A stretch of DNA of 64,000 bases from an uncultured bacterium (GTDB lineage Bacteria; JAGOEH01): assembly GCA_964632485.1 (NCBI GenBank), contig CAZWDO010000008.1, positions 1 through 64,000 of the forward strand, read 5' to 3'. Shown piece by piece: positions 38,099 through 48,176 of this stretch (position 1 is the first letter of the stretch; each line of letters opens with the position of its first letter). Position numbers and translations under genes: made by a program. The notes below the pieces were generated by a model. It was not told the origin of the DNA, searched no databases, and saw only the letters and a list, made by a program, of their open reading frames with translations.

Positions 38099-40276
38099 AT
38101 GAAAACCATCATCCGTGTGAACGGCATGCATTGCGTCATGTGCGCCCGCGCGATTGAATCTGCGCTGGGCAAACTGGCGGGAATGGAGCAGGTTTCAGTT
38201 AATGTCAATACCGGCAAAGTATCGCTTGAATATAATGAAACCGCGCTGAATATGGAGAATATTGCTCTTGCCGTGCGCGAAACCGGATATGAATACGCAG
38301 GAGAGGATCATTATTCGTCTCAGCCTCGGGAAAATGACGCCGCCAGCTTGAACAAACAGCGCTTGAGAATGGGACTTGGGATTGTTACCGGTATATTTTT
38401 GATGATTTGGGGACATATCAGCCAGTCTGATCTGTTGATTGATGGGGTTGTTACGATGGTTATGCTACCGGTTTTTATTTTTATAGCATATCCGATTTTT
38501 CGGGGAGCCTGGATAGCGCTATGCAACGCCAGTCTAACCATGGATTCCATGTATGCTTTGGGCATGAGCGCCGCGTTGGCGGCTACTTTGGGTTCAGTTG
38601 CCGGCTATTTTCCATCTCAGTATCGTTTTTTTGACGCGCCGATTTTACTGGGAACTTTTTTGACGATTGGCCGGTATTTGGAAAATAACGCGCGCAATCG
38701 GACATCGGGAGCCATCGAGTCACTGATTAAGCTTCAGCCAGTCATTGCCCACTTGGAACGGGATGGCGATGAAGTTGATATCCCGTTGGGAGAATTGAAG
38801 AAACATGATCGTTTCCATGTTTATCCTAACGAAAAAATTCCGACTGACGGCGTCATCATCCACGGCAGCAGCTATATAGATGAATCCATGGTTACCGGTG
38901 AAGCTCTGCCGGTACTAAAAAAAATGGAAGACTCTGTCATTGGTGGGACGATAAATCGAAATGGTTTACTGATAGTTGAGGCGCTGAAGCTGGGAGAAGA
39001 AACGATGCTGCGTCAAATTATCCGGCTGGTTTCGGAAGCTCAGGGATCGCGCCTTCCATTGCAGCGTGTTGCAGATAAATGGGTCGGCCGTTTTATTCCC
39101 ATTATACTTGGATGCGCCGTGATAACCTTCATTATTTGGATCTGGTTTGTTCAGGCCCCTATGATTGTCGCTTTTACAACCACGTTGGCGGTCTTGATGG
39201 TCGCATGTCCTTGCGCCCTGGGGCTGGCGACTCCCACTGCCATAACGGTTGGCCTGGGTCGGGCCGCTAATTTTGGGATTTTAATCCGCAATGGTGAAGT
39301 GATCGAATGGGCCGAACGTGTTTCAATAATTGTTTTTGATAAAACCGGAACACTCACGCTTGGAAAACCTGAGGTGCGTAATCTAATCGCTTTGGATATC
39401 GATGAAAATCGATTGCTCCAAGTCAGCGCCAGTCTTGAAAAATATGCCGGCCATCCCTTGGGCGATGCCGTTGTTCAAAAATCGATTGAGCTGAATTTAC
39501 CCCGATTACCGGTCGAACACCCTCAGGTCTTCGAAGGTAAAGGCATTTCCGGTACGGTCGATGGCAGTCAAGTTGTGATTGGAAATCGGCGCTTGATGGC
39601 CGAGAAAAAAATTGAATATGCCGGTTTTGAGGATCGGATCAGTCATTTCGAGCAAGATGGAAAGACTACGTTGCTGGTGGCTATTGAACAACGTCTGGTG
39701 GGAATTATTTCGATCGCGGATACGCTCAGAGAGAATGCCAAACCCATGATTGCCGCATTGAAATCCCTGGGCTACAAAACAATGATCTTGACGGGCGATC
39801 ACGAGTTGGCCGCTCGCTCTATCGCTCATGTTTTGGGTATCGACCAGGTCAGCGCAGAGTTGTTGCCGGGAGAAAAGCAAGCGGCCTTGCGGGACTTAAT
39901 GAATCGGGGCGAAATTGTGGCCTTTGTAGGTGATGGTATCAATGACGCGCCGGCATTGGCGACGGCGCAGGTCGGCATCGCGTTGGGAAGCGGTACCGAT
40001 GTCGCTATGGAAAGCGGCGATATTGTCCTGATCCGCGATGATTTGATGTCGCTGCCACGGCTGTTTAGACTGGTCAATCGGCTTATGTCGCGTATCCGCT
40101 TGAACCTTTTCTGGGCTGCCGCTTATAACCTGGTATTGATTCCTGTCGCCGCCGGGGCGTTTTACCCTTTGACCGGGATCACCTTCCAACCCCAATGGGC
40201 GGCTTTGGCTATGATCGCCAGCTCACTTACCGTGATTATGCTTTCGTTGCAACTCAAACGTTTCAACCCTGATTGA
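38099..40276 (+). CDS. copA: Cu(I)-type P1B heavy-metal ATPase
   Basis: GMHCVMC HMA domain, TGE, CPC, DKTGT, HP, GDGIND, YN and MIASS motifs. Confidence 0.9.
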   Translation: MKTIIRVNGMHCVMCARAIESALGKLAGMEQVSVNVNTGKVSLEYNETALNMENIALAVRETGYEYAGEDHYSSQPRENDAASLNKQRLRMGLGIVTGIFLMIWGHISQSDLLIDGVVTMVMLPVFIFIAYPIFRGAWIALCNASLTMDSMYALGMSAALAATLGSVAGYFPSQYRFFDAPILLGTFLTIGRYLENNARNRTSGAIESLIKLQPVIAHLERDGDEVDIPLGELKKHDRFHVYPNEKIPTDGVIIHGSSYIDESMVTGEALPVLKKMEDSVIGGTINRNGLLIVEALKLGEETMLRQIIRLVSEAQGSRLPLQRVADKWVGRFIPIILGCAVITFIIWIWFVQAPMIVAFTTTLAVLMVACPCALGLATPTAITVGLGRAANFGILIRNGEVIEWAERVSIIVFDKTGTLTLGKPEVRNLIALDIDENRLLQVSASLEKYAGHPLGDAVVQKSIELNLPRLPVEHPQVFEGKGISGTVDGSQVVIGNRRLMAEKKIEYAGFEDRISHFEQDGKTTLLVAIEQRLVGIISIADTLRENAKPMIAALKSLGYKTMILTGDHELAARSIAHVLGIDQVSAELLPGEKQAALRDLMNRGEIVAFVGDGINDAPALATAQVGIALGSGTDVAMESGDIVLIRDDLMSLPRLFRLVNRLMSRIRLNLFWAAAYNLVLIPVAAGAFYPLTGITFQPQWAALAMIASSLTVIMLSLQLKRFNPD

Positions 40277-40289
40277 AAGGCCGGATTCT

Positions 40290-40439
40290 ATGCTGACAAC
40301 TATTCTCGGGATTCTGATCGTTCTGATCATTTTTGTTCTTTTGGCTAAATTTTTAAGTTTTATTTTCAAAATCGGTTGCATTATCCTCTTGATATTTTTA
40401 GCAATCTCATTTTTGTCCAAAGGAGGTTATTTCCACTGA
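40290..40439 (+). CDS. Small hydrophobic membrane protein, 49 aa (below the ORF-track cutoff)
   Basis: MLTTILGILIVLIIFVLLAKFLSFIFKIGCIILLIFLAISFLSKGGYFH; begins 13 bp after the copA stop, GAAAGG upstream. Confidence 0.6.
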   Translation: MLTTILGILIVLIIFVLLAKFLSFIFKIGCIILLIFLAISFLSKGGYFH

Positions 40440-40658
40440 AAATAATTTCCTGTAAGGTATTGAACTCCTTCATCTGCGCTTAGAAAATTTGCAGCATACT
40501 TTGGATTGGCAAGGATGACGGTCACCCCTCATCCATTACTTTTTGGAAGATGCCGGGTTGAATAGTATAATTTTTCTTGACATTTTGTTTGAATTGGTTT
40601 ATTATTGGGTGTTGAAGTGGTATTGTCGGATCAATTGAATCCATAATATTTACAGAAC

Positions 40659-40949
40659 ATGAATCGATTGGATCACATAAAAAAGGACAAATCAATGGAA
40701 GATTTGCTGGATGGACAACTTGCTGAGCTAAAATCGCTGTTGGGAGTTCCACTGCAAACTGTTTTGGAACGTTTGGAACAATTGGAAAAAGAAGTTCGGC
40801 AATTGAAACGAACGATCAAGCGCCTTGAGAAAACCGTTGTTGAAGAGCATCGCCCACTCTCAGAGAGAAAACCGGCAAAAGCGAAAATGGATCGTTTTCA
40901 AGACGGTGAACCGGAAAAGCTGGGTGTGATTCAACCCAGTTTGTTTTAG
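40659..40949 (+). CDS. Small coiled-coil hypothetical protein
   Basis: Heptad stretch LERLEQLEKEVRQLKRTIKRLEK; ends 10 bp before the OmpA-family gene. Confidence 0.6.
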   Translation: MNRLDHIKKDKSMEDLLDGQLAELKSLLGVPLQTVLERLEQLEKEVRQLKRTIKRLEKTVVEEHRPLSERKPAKAKMDRFQDGEPEKLGVIQPSLF

Positions 40950-40959
40950 AAAGGAACTA

Positions 40960-42057
40960 ATGCCCTTCAATCTTTCGAAATCAGCGGAACATCCCTTTAG
41001 AAAGATACAGCGTTTGCTGCTGGATGAGAGTAATCAACGGATCAGTCAATTGGAAACCCGTCAAAAAAAACTTGAGAGCCGGGTAGGGGATGAACAAGAG
41101 CGCAAAGAAGAATTAAAGCGTTTTCTGATGGATGAACTTCACCATTATGGCGGATTGTCGGGTTTGTTGAAGAATTACGGATTAGGGGAGGATCGTTACT
41201 TTATTCGAAGAACCCTGCGTTATTCGATAATGTTTAGTTTGATCTTTTCCATGATTTTTATTGTAGTGGCCACTTGGATAATCCTGAATTGGTTTCGTCC
41301 GCTGACCATGGAAAAGCATTCCATCGCAGGGGATAATAATTCGGCGCTGTATATTAACAGGGATTCCACCCGAAACGATCGACTCAATCGTTTAGTTCAA
41401 CAGGAAGGAATTACCCTGGAATGGAAAGAGTTTCCCGATAGCTCCGTTGCCTATTTCAGGGTTTATACATTACGGGATCCGATTGTGTTTTACGATTTAA
41501 TCAACAAGTTGAATTTATGGGATAAACCCTGGCATTTTTATTTTCCGGTAGATTTTATATCTCAATTGGAAAATCATCAATTTGCGATAGTCGGCCACTA
41601 TTTGCCGGTTAAGCTGGTTCCCCGGCTGGATGAGAACCGATTACAGATAGTGTCGATACAAGATACGCTGCCTCTGCCTTTACGACGGATGTTAGCGCAG
41701 ATGGCAGGACCGGCGCTCGAACTGGACTATCAGATTTATCAACCCGAGCCGGTTTATTTTGAGGCCGGTTCGGATCAATTGTCTGATCAGGCGCAACAAA
41801 CTCTAACCGAGATCGCTCACTTTATGCAATCGTTTTTTCGATTGCGGTTAAAACTGATCGGCCATGCCGACCAAACCGGCTCTGAACCGCTTAACAAGGA
41901 GCTCTCGTGTCGTCGCGCAGAAAACGCCCAGCAATTTTTGATGTCCCGTCAGATATCCGCCAATCGTTTATTGATCGAGTGTTTTAGTAATTTGCAAACA
42001 GTCCGGGGAGACCCGGCCATAAATCGACGGGTCGAATTTGAATGGATATGGGAATGA
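40960..42057 (+). CDS. Membrane-anchored OmpA/MotB-like peptidoglycan-binding protein
   Basis: N-terminal coiled coil, one TM, C-terminal VYF...IGHAD..G...N..LS.RRA...NRRVEF. Confidence 0.82.
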   Translation: MPFNLSKSAEHPFRKIQRLLLDESNQRISQLETRQKKLESRVGDEQERKEELKRFLMDELHHYGGLSGLLKNYGLGEDRYFIRRTLRYSIMFSLIFSMIFIVVATWIILNWFRPLTMEKHSIAGDNNSALYINRDSTRNDRLNRLVQQEGITLEWKEFPDSSVAYFRVYTLRDPIVFYDLINKLNLWDKPWHFYFPVDFISQLENHQFAIVGHYLPVKLVPRLDENRLQIVSIQDTLPLPLRRMLAQMAGPALELDYQIYQPEPVYFEAGSDQLSDQAQQTLTEIAHFMQSFFRLRLKLIGHADQTGSEPLNKELSCRRAENAQQFLMSRQISANRLLIECFSNLQTVRGDPAINRRVEFEWIWE

Positions 42058-42184
42058 GCCACCCTCTCTGAAAGAGTTCGGGGGCGATCTCCCGGGAAGT
42101 TTCTAAATGGTTTAAAAAATTTTTATTAAAAAAATCTTGACAAATCGTTTTATTTTGTTCATATTATAAGAAAAGGAGTTTCGA

Positions 42185-42415
42185 ATGAGTAATCTGACAG
42201 GAAGTAAATCGTACCGTTATTTGAAGGATAATGTTCCTTATTTCCCTTATTCGTTGATTGTTATCCCGGTTCTAATTGCCGTAGCCGTTATTTTACTTTT
42301 TTTCGTATTCCGGGAATCGACAATGGCCCAACTGGACAGTTTGAAACGTAAATTTTATCGATTGGAAAATAAGGTTTTTAACCGGGGTGAGGAAGACGAA
42401 GACGAATCGCTATAA
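42185..42415 (+). CDS. Small single-TM hypothetical protein
   Basis: TTGACA promoter and SD AAGGAG; hydrophobic segment; acidic tail overlapping the convergent gene. Confidence 0.6.
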   Translation: MSNLTGSKSYRYLKDNVPYFPYSLIVIPVLIAVAVILLFFVFRESTMAQLDSLKRKFYRLENKVFNRGEEDEDESL

Positions 42416-42997
42416 ATCGAAAATATCCTGATCGCCATAAATAGTTTTTTGGTTTTGACCGAAAACTGTTTTCCATAGGATTTTAATGTCGAGCATCAAT
42501 GAATAATGATCGATATACCAGATATCCAATTCGATACGCGCTGACCACGGAATGCTATTGCGTCCATTAACTTGCGCCCAACCGGTGATCCCTGGTTTAA
42601 CATCCAGTCGGCGCAGTTGTTTCATGTTATATTTTTCGACTTGGTAAGCTAAAGTAGGGCGAGGGCCAACAAAACTCATTTCACCTTTGAGGATATTGAA
42701 GAGTTGTGGTAATTCGTCCAGACTATAGCGTCGCATAAAATTGCCCATACGGGTAATTCGAGGATCATTGGCTTGGCAATAGATACCACTACCCTGATTT
42801 TCGGCATCTATCACCATGGTTCTGAACTTGATGAGATTAAAAAGCGCGCGATTTTTCCCCACACGTTGCTGGATATAAAAAACCGGTCCACGGTCATCAA
42901 TTTTGATCAGAAAACCCAGGATGATAAATAGTGGCCAGAGGCACAACGCCATGATCAGCGCCAGGCTATAGTCAAATACTGTTTTAATAAAATTCAT
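42410..42997 (-). CDS. Bacterial sugar transferase (monotopic phosphoglycosyl transferase, PglC-like)
   Basis: KFRTM, DPRIT, SLDELPQLFNILKGEMSFVGPRP, KPGITGWAQVNGRN. Confidence 0.93.
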   Translation of the reverse strand: MNFIKTVFDYSLALIMALCLWPLFIILGFLIKIDDRGPVFYIQQRVGKNRALFNLIKFRTMVIDAENQGSGIYCQANDPRITRMGNFMRRYSLDELPQLFNILKGEMSFVGPRPTLAYQVEKYNMKQLRRLDVKPGITGWAQVNGRNSIPWSARIELDIWYIDHYSLMLDIKILWKTVFGQNQKTIYGDQDIFDL

Positions 42998-43089
42998 TGT
43001 TCAAATATAATCGGTTTTTTAAAAAAGTCAACAGGTTTTCAACAGATACATGTTGACAATTCAGCAGTATTCAGTTATTTTTAACTAAT

Positions 43090-44115
43090 ATGAGATTCTA
43101 TTGGGAAATTAAAAAAAAATACCGCTTTTTAAGGCGCTGGATAAATGACCATTCGAGCTTGATCTGGTGGTTTCACAGTTTCTATGCCCTGTTTTTTGGT
43201 ATTGTTTTTATGTGGTTGGGAAATAAACATATTCACTATCTACAGGCAGCTCTGTGGTATCTGGCATTTATTTGGATCAGCAGTTTGCTGATGCCGAAAA
43301 TTCAGTGTTACCTACTGTTATCTGATATTTGGCGGCATCGGTTGCAGCTATTCATCAATTATGTTCATCGTAATTTTTATCAACAGATTCTGTTTTTCCT
43401 ATTACCCATTTACTATAAAAGCGCTTCGGTCTGGGTGGTTCATGGCTGGTTTTTATCGATTCTGGCAATATCCGCTCTCTTATCCACCTTAGACTTGATC
43501 TATGATCATCATATTTCCAGGAAGTGGTCCTATATGGCGCTTTTCTTTTCATTCAACATGTTTGTTTCTTTTTATGCCATGATTCCTCTGATGTGGAAGG
43601 TTTCCTGTATAGTCGCGCTTTGGTTGAGCGGTCTTCTTGCGGTTATTTGTTTTGCTTCATTCGTCTATCATGGATCGGGGCTTCCAGTGAGCCGGCAAAA
43701 GCGGATCATATTAGCGGCGGCATTGCTGGTGATTGGCTTGGCGCTATTTGCCCGCCGGTATATCCCTGCCGTTCCCTTGCAGTACAATGGGGGTTGGTGC
43801 GGTATGAATTTTAACTATACAAATAAGGTTCTAGTTGATTCTATGGTTATACTACCGCAAAGTATCCAGGGCCGAGTCTATTTTTTTACACGAGTCGACG
43901 CCCCTGTCGGCATGGTGGAAAGTTTAGTTCATATTTGGTATCTGGATGGCGTTCTGATTTATCGTTCCGCTTCTGTTGAGATCAAGGGGGGGAGGCCGGG
44001 AGGGTTTCGATTTTGGTCGTACAAAAACCTGGCGCTGACAAGTTGCGATCAATCATTAATTATTGAAACTATTACCACCAGCGGGCAACTGGTAGGGCGT
44101 TCCAGAATACACTAA
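43090..44115 (+). CDS. Multi-TM membrane protein with DUF2914-like C-terminal domain (DUF5924/DUF2914-like)
   Basis: QQILFFLLPIYYKS, IPAVPL; C-terminal FTRVDAP...HIW...GGRPGGFRFWSYK...T..GQLVGR. Confidence 0.7.
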   Translation: MRFYWEIKKKYRFLRRWINDHSSLIWWFHSFYALFFGIVFMWLGNKHIHYLQAALWYLAFIWISSLLMPKIQCYLLLSDIWRHRLQLFINYVHRNFYQQILFFLLPIYYKSASVWVVHGWFLSILAISALLSTLDLIYDHHISRKWSYMALFFSFNMFVSFYAMIPLMWKVSCIVALWLSGLLAVICFASFVYHGSGLPVSRQKRIILAAALLVIGLALFARRYIPAVPLQYNGGWCGMNFNYTNKVLVDSMVILPQSIQGRVYFFTRVDAPVGMVESLVHIWYLDGVLIYRSASVEIKGGRPGGFRFWSYKNLALTSCDQSLIIETITTSGQLVGRSRIH

Positions 44116-44382
44116 ACACACCCGTTCATCAATACTCCTGAAATTCTCTATCGTTTCATGGGCCGAATCGCCAGCAGCGGATATAATGATTAATCGGGAC
44201 AGAGGATTTCCATTTTAAAATAAAAAAAATTTTATTTGTTTGTTTTATAAAAAAATTATCTTGACAAGCCGGATTTTTGGTGTTAATATTAAATTTGAGT
44301 TGCTGCGTGTTTTATTATGTTTTTTCAACATAGGATGGCCAAACTACAGATTGGTCGTATTTAACTTTTCAAAGGAGTCGCT

Positions 44383-46683
44383 ATGAGACGTTGGTGGTTG
44401 ATTTTGTTGTGTTTGTTGCCGGTAACGCTGATTTGGGCCGAAGGGTATCACTCTACTGATCACGTGTATGTGATTTCGTTGAATGGCCGTCCCGTGACGA
44501 TTGACGGAGAGTTGGGTGATTGGGCGGATGCTGAGTTCATTTATATCAGTAAAGATATGACGCCGCTTTATAACAGTTTGCTGGAATTTGGCGCGGATTA
44601 TGGCGATCTCGTTGAATCGCCTGACGATTTTAGCGCTCATGTGGCCATTAAAATGGACAATGAGAATATCTATTTTGCCGTGCATGCGCATGACCAGGGC
44701 GGTATTTTGAATCATGGTATGCTCACGCGCGATAAAGCCAATCTGTTGGGTTCGTTTGACGCGTTCACTCCCTATCTGGGTTTGTATGATATCGGCGTTT
44801 TGCCGCATAGCCCGCATGAAGATTTGGTGGATATCGTCATGCCGGAATTTCCGGATTCGGTATTGCAGAGCGGCCGGACCTATCGGATTCGTCCGGGTTA
44901 TGACCGGTTGATGGAGGACACGACGGGAAGTGAAACTGGAACATTGGGTCCGGATTTTCAATTCGGAGTCCACGCCCAGGAATATAGCAACATGTTGCCC
45001 AATGGCGCTTACTATGCATCGGGTGATGATGTTATCAATTATAACTGGGGATATGTTGATACTCTGATCGCTAATACGGAAGTGGCGATTCTGGTTTGGC
45101 CGGAGGAAGACGGCTATACGTTGGAATGGAAAGTGCCGTTCGCCTCGATGGCGGGTAATATCGCCAAGGCCTCCAAGCCCCAGGCCAGTATTGAATGGCC
45201 ATTATACACGCCGAAAGATGGCGATGTGCTGCCATTCGATTTTGATATGCTGGACAATGACCGCAATACGGATATCGCCGACTGGGGAAATAATTTCCTG
45301 CGCTATAGTTCTGGCCAGGATTATCCGGGATCCCGCGGTTGGCGGGCATGTTGGCGAGATTCCTATCGCTGGGGCGGACGCGCTGTGGTTAAAGAGCTGA
45401 CTCTGGAAGATACCACCGCCTCCAATTATTATCATACGCTCTATTCTCCCCAGGGCTCCAATATTGTGATCGACGGTGAAATTGATTCCTCGGAATGGTC
45501 AAACTCGCAGTTTATTGGAATTAACTATAGAAGTCCCAACCATATAGCGGGTTGGTACGAGTTTAATCCCTTAGCGTCCGCCTCCGACTGGAGTGGTCAT
45601 GTCGCTATTCAGATGGATGATGAAAACCTCTATTTCGCCGCTAATATGCATGATGAGGGAGGCGTTCTCAATCATGAGCCGCGCAATCCTCTCGATCCTG
45701 AAAGTTGCAAACGTATGTGGTTTCAGGATTGCTTTCAGGCGTATCTCGGACTTTTCGATATGGGCGATTTGCCGGGGAGTCCCCACAAGAATGTAGTAGC
45801 GATTTTGAACCAGGAAACGGGCGATACGATCATTCAAATCGCCAATGACGAATGGGCGGATCGCACGTATCGCGTGGTTCGCGATTATGATGGTATCCCT
45901 TCCGATACGGATCCCGATCAGGCGACTTTGGGACCTGATTACCAGATCGGCGTGGCCCTGCATGAATATCCGGTTATACTGGCCAATGGCGCTTACTATG
46001 GCGCTGATTCCCAGGTAGTCACCTATAATTGGGGCTGGGTCGATACTATGATGATGAATACCGAAGTGGGTATAAGGGTATGGGACAATGAGGATGGATA
46101 TACCATGGAATGGAAGGTGCCGTTTGCCTCATTGGCCGGCTATATCGCCAGTGATGCGTGGGGTACGGGTAAAAATGCGCTGCTATGGCCGCTCTATGAG
46201 CCTAAACATGGCGATGTGATTCCCTTTGATATTGCTCTCACCGATGAAGACCGTATCGATGGGAATAACGCCGAAGGACCCAGTTATCAATTCGGAATGT
46301 TGACGGATGGTTGGCGCTGGTCTTATCGATTTGGTATGCGCATGAAGGTCGTGGATACCCTCGGTATGATACCACCCGTTGTCGCTATCGATGAATCGGA
46401 CGCGCAACACTCCGCTCCAAAGCAACAGGCCTTGTTAGATAACTATCCGAATCCGTTCAATCCTCAGACAACGATCCGTTTTCAGGTGCAACAGCCGGGT
46501 AAAGTTACTTTAAAAGTGTACGATATTCTGGGCAAAGAAGTGGCGACTGTTGTCAATCAGGAAATGAATTCCGGAACCTACTTGGTGAACTGGGATGCTT
46601 CGGCGCAACCCAGTGGTATGTACTTCTATCGGCTACAATTGCAAAATCAGGTCATTTCGAAGAAAATGATGTTGTTAAAATAA
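44383..46683 (+). CDS. Secreted protein with two tandem CBM9/DOMON-like sugar-binding modules and T9SS CTD
   Basis: Duplicated IDG...W, D.EN.YFA, DGYT.EWKVPFAS and GDV.PFD motifs; NYPNPFNP...KVYDILGKEV...SGMYFYRL...KKMMLLK. Confidence 0.8.
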   Translation: MRRWWLILLCLLPVTLIWAEGYHSTDHVYVISLNGRPVTIDGELGDWADAEFIYISKDMTPLYNSLLEFGADYGDLVESPDDFSAHVAIKMDNENIYFAVHAHDQGGILNHGMLTRDKANLLGSFDAFTPYLGLYDIGVLPHSPHEDLVDIVMPEFPDSVLQSGRTYRIRPGYDRLMEDTTGSETGTLGPDFQFGVHAQEYSNMLPNGAYYASGDDVINYNWGYVDTLIANTEVAILVWPEEDGYTLEWKVPFASMAGNIAKASKPQASIEWPLYTPKDGDVLPFDFDMLDNDRNTDIADWGNNFLRYSSGQDYPGSRGWRACWRDSYRWGGRAVVKELTLEDTTASNYYHTLYSPQGSNIVIDGEIDSSEWSNSQFIGINYRSPNHIAGWYEFNPLASASDWSGHVAIQMDDENLYFAANMHDEGGVLNHEPRNPLDPESCKRMWFQDCFQAYLGLFDMGDLPGSPHKNVVAILNQETGDTIIQIANDEWADRTYRVVRDYDGIPSDTDPDQATLGPDYQIGVALHEYPVILANGAYYGADSQVVTYNWGWVDTMMMNTEVGIRVWDNEDGYTMEWKVPFASLAGYIASDAWGTGKNALLWPLYEPKHGDVIPFDIALTDEDRIDGNNAEGPSYQFGMLTDGWRWSYRFGMRMKVVDTLGMIPPVVAIDESDAQHSAPKQQALLDNYPNPFNPQTTIRFQVQQPGKVTLKVYDILGKEVATVVNQEMNSGTYLVNWDASAQPSGMYFYRLQLQNQVISKKMMLLK

Positions 46684-46691
46684 TGAATTGT

Positions 46692-46724
46692 AAAGGCCGG
46701 GGGAAATTCCTCCGGCCTTTTTTT
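46692..46724 (+). terminator. Intrinsic terminator
   Basis: AAAGGCCGGGGGAA-A-TTCCTCCGGCCTTT followed by a T-run. Confidence 0.85.
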
Positions 46725-46856
46725 GATTTTGCGTTTAGGTTTTTTTGATAATTTAATGCTGCCTGATGAATTTAGGCATCAGATTTTGGCGTGACGGGGT
46801 CTTTCACTCAGTGTATAATGCCCTACATAATATCTATGATATAGAAAAGAGTCGAG

Positions 46857-48119
46857 ATGAAACCCATCCGTGAATACCATGAGGTTTTAGTTCTTCGAGC
46901 GATCCGGACAGAGAAATCGATTTCCCGTATTGAATTAGCCAGGAAGCTGAAACTTTCCCGGTCAACAATCACCCTGATCACTCATCGAATGGTGTCCGCT
47001 GGTTTATTATTGGAAGTGGGAAAAGGACGATCAACCGAAAGAGGCGGGCGGCGGGAGGTCTTATTGGCGCTGAATCCGAAAATGGGAGTGATTATGGCGG
47101 CGGAAATCGAACGGAATTACACCCGCTTGGCCTTATTAGATATTTTTGCCAATGTAATTGCATCCCGGTCCATTGAGTACTCAAAGGAATCAAAGGCTGA
47201 ACATCTTATGTCAAAGATCGTTCAATCATTTAATGAATTATTGGCCGAGCAACGGTTTACGAAGGAGCAGGTTATTGGGATCGGTTTAGGAGTACCTGGC
47301 ATTATCGATTATGCAACGAGAATGGTGAAGGAGGGATATAATACCAAACGCTGGGAGGGATATCCAATCTGTGAAATATTGTCTCATATTTTTCAGGTCC
47401 CGGTTTTTTTGGAAAATAATGTGAAATCGGTTACTTTAGGTGAGCATCATTTCGGCAGTGGTCTCTCTTTTGATAATTTAGTTTGTTTTTGGTTTGGCGA
47501 TGGAATTGGTGTGGGCATTATGAATCATGGACAGTTGTTGCGGGGAGAAAATAATAGCGCCGGAGAGATCGGGTTTACCGAACTGTTTCCGGGTATCCAA
47601 TCAAACTTGTCTTTTTTGGCTGATAGTAATAATCGGATTTGGGGCGATCTCCTGTCTTTAGCCAATATCCAGGCAGCGGTTGCCAAGGGAATTGCCAGTG
47701 GTTGGTCAACCCGGCTGGAGGTCGGATGCGATGTCGCGGCTTTTTTACGGGCGGCTGAACAAAGTGATCCGTTAGCGCTGCATTTGCTCAAAATTCTGGG
47801 GCAGTTGGTTACCCATATCATCAGTCAGGTCGTTTATTTTTATAATCCATCAGTTTTTGTCTTGTCAGGTCCTCTTTTCTTCACCTCACATCTGTTATAT
47901 CATGAACTGCTGAATAATATCGAACATAATGTCCTGATAGAACCGATTCAGCGAACGGATTTTAGAATGAGTAGCCTGCGAGAAAACGGAGTGCTGATTG
48001 GAGCCGGTTCGCTGGTAATTGACGATCTGTTTCGTCTGCCGGATGGAGAAAATCGCAGTTTGACGCGTGATGCGCTTGTTCCCCCTGAGTCTCCAGGGGA
48101 TCGGTCCCGGGGGCTATAA
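46857..48119 (+). CDS. ROK-family transcriptional regulator
   Basis: HTH ISRIELARKLKLSRSTIT; GGRR; GIGLGVPGIID; LENNV; GDGIGVG; AGEIG. Confidence 0.92.
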   Translation: MKPIREYHEVLVLRAIRTEKSISRIELARKLKLSRSTITLITHRMVSAGLLLEVGKGRSTERGGRREVLLALNPKMGVIMAAEIERNYTRLALLDIFANVIASRSIEYSKESKAEHLMSKIVQSFNELLAEQRFTKEQVIGIGLGVPGIIDYATRMVKEGYNTKRWEGYPICEILSHIFQVPVFLENNVKSVTLGEHHFGSGLSFDNLVCFWFGDGIGVGIMNHGQLLRGENNSAGEIGFTELFPGIQSNLSFLADSNNRIWGDLLSLANIQAAVAKGIASGWSTRLEVGCDVAAFLRAAEQSDPLALHLLKILGQLVTHIISQVVYFYNPSVFVLSGPLFFTSHLLYHELLNNIEHNVLIEPIQRTDFRMSSLRENGVLIGAGSLVIDDLFRLPDGENRSLTRDALVPPESPGDRSRGL

Positions 48120-48176
48120 TTTGATTTTCGGAGCTTGAATCAATCATATAGTGTATAACTGTTATTACTAAAAGGA

